Below the pieces are notes generated by a model. The model saw only the letters and a list, made by a program, of their open reading frames with translations. It searched no databases and was not told the origin of the DNA. Shown here in pieces: positions 6,393 to 7,081 of a stretch of DNA of 7,081 nt (position 1 is the first letter of the stretch; every line of letters begins with the position of its first letter). Source of the DNA: Candidatus Auribacterota bacterium (GTDB lineage Bacteria > Auribacterota > UBA6266); contig JAGLRQ010000153.1 in the NCBI GenBank assembly GCA_023136205.1, positions 1 through 7,081 on the forward strand. Direction: 5' to 3'. The position numbers were made by a program, and so were the translations under genes.

Positions 6393-7081
6393 ATGCGCTT
6401 TAAAAAGGTTTTACTTACACATCTATACTATAAAGAATCTGGGTATGGAGACGCGTTAAATTTTCCACCGGCCGGGCTCGGCTATCTGGGGCAGTATCTG
6501 GAAAAAGAAAATATTATGTATGATGTTATTGATACCGGGACAGGGTACACTCATGAAGATGTTCTTGGCAGGATTTCTATTTTTCGTCCTGATCTGGCAG
6601 CTTTCAGTCTTACCTCGATCTGTTATCCAAAGTCATTTGAATTGATAAGAAGGATAAAAAAGATTTATCCTGATATGACTATTGTAGTGGGCGGTGCTCA
6701 TGTATCAACTAAGAAAACCGCGATCCTGGAGCAAAATGAAGCGATAGATTTTGCGATAGAGAAAGAAGGAGAAATTCCATTATCTCTTCTTTGTAAAGGG
6801 GAATTACCTGAACGAATTCCGGGCCTTATGTGGCGCGGTAAGGGAGGGAAAATAAACTCTAACGCGCCTCAATTAGCGGATATTAGCCAATTCCCATATC
6901 CTAAATATGGGTGTTTTGATTTGTTGAACAGGTATAAGTCCGGAAGCATATCCATAGTTACTTCCCGCGGCTGCCCTTTCAAATGTGCTTTTTGCCAGCA
7001 GAGCAGCTTACTTGGTAAAAAATGGCGGGGGAGAGAGGCGTGGGATGTCGTTGATGAAATTGAGTATTGGTATAACCGGGG
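6393..7081 (+). CDS. B12-binding-domain radical SAM protein (class-B-type), 5' part; continues beyond the window
   Basis: My own translation from ATG 6393 runs open to the window end: MRFKKVLLTHLYY..PPAGLGYLGQYLEKENIMYDVID..RPDLAAFSLTS..IVVGGAHVST..AIDFAIEKEGE.. This has the layout of a cobalamin-binding Rossmann-like domain. It is followed by SIVTSRGCPFKCAFCQQ, which carries the CX3CX2C radical SAM cluster motif at nt 6972-6995. The ORF is missing from the supplied track because it has no stop codon in the window. Confidence 0.9.
   Translation, partial: MRFKKVLLTHLYYKESGYGDALNFPPAGLGYLGQYLEKENIMYDVIDTGTGYTHEDVLGRISIFRPDLAAFSLTSICYPKSFELIRRIKKIYPDMTIVVGGAHVSTKKTAILEQNEAIDFAIEKEGEIPLSLLCKGELPERIPGLMWRGKGGKINSNAPQLADISQFPYPKYGCFDLLNRYKSGSISIVTSRGCPFKCAFCQQSSLLGKKWRGREAWDVVDEIEYWYNR

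Overview
This is a low-GC window (mid-30s % by eye, not computed). It holds seven genes, all on the + strand and tightly packed, and looks like part of a surface-glycan biosynthesis or modification locus. In order: (1) the 3' end of a probable B12-binding radical SAM gene (1-195). (2, 3) Two tandem, mutually similar polytopic membrane proteins (348-1979 and 1986-3536), each with many hydrophobic spans and a large hydrophilic loop ahead of the last three spans. My best guess is a GT-C-type glycosyltransferase or a Wzy/WaaL-like glycan polymerase/ligase, but I cannot assign a family confidently. (4-6) A translationally coupled CDP-hexose module: glucose-1-phosphate cytidylyltransferase (rfbF/ddhA, 3667-4443), a CDP-glucose 4,6-dehydratase-type SDR (4446-5420), and a second extended-SDR epimerase/reductase (5414-6373). 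(7) The 5' part of a clear B12-binding radical SAM enzyme (6393 to the window end). I saw no rRNA, tRNA, CRISPR, transposase, integrase or phage features. The points most worth a second look are: the two orphan membrane paralogs; the CDP-deoxyhexose genes sitting next to class-B-type radical SAM genes, with no classical GT-A/GT-B transferase or flippase in view; a G8 homopolymer inside rfbF that could act as a phase-variation switch; and a likely non-canonical (CTG) start for the first membrane gene. All functional links between these genes are inference from sequence and gene order. No database search was possible.
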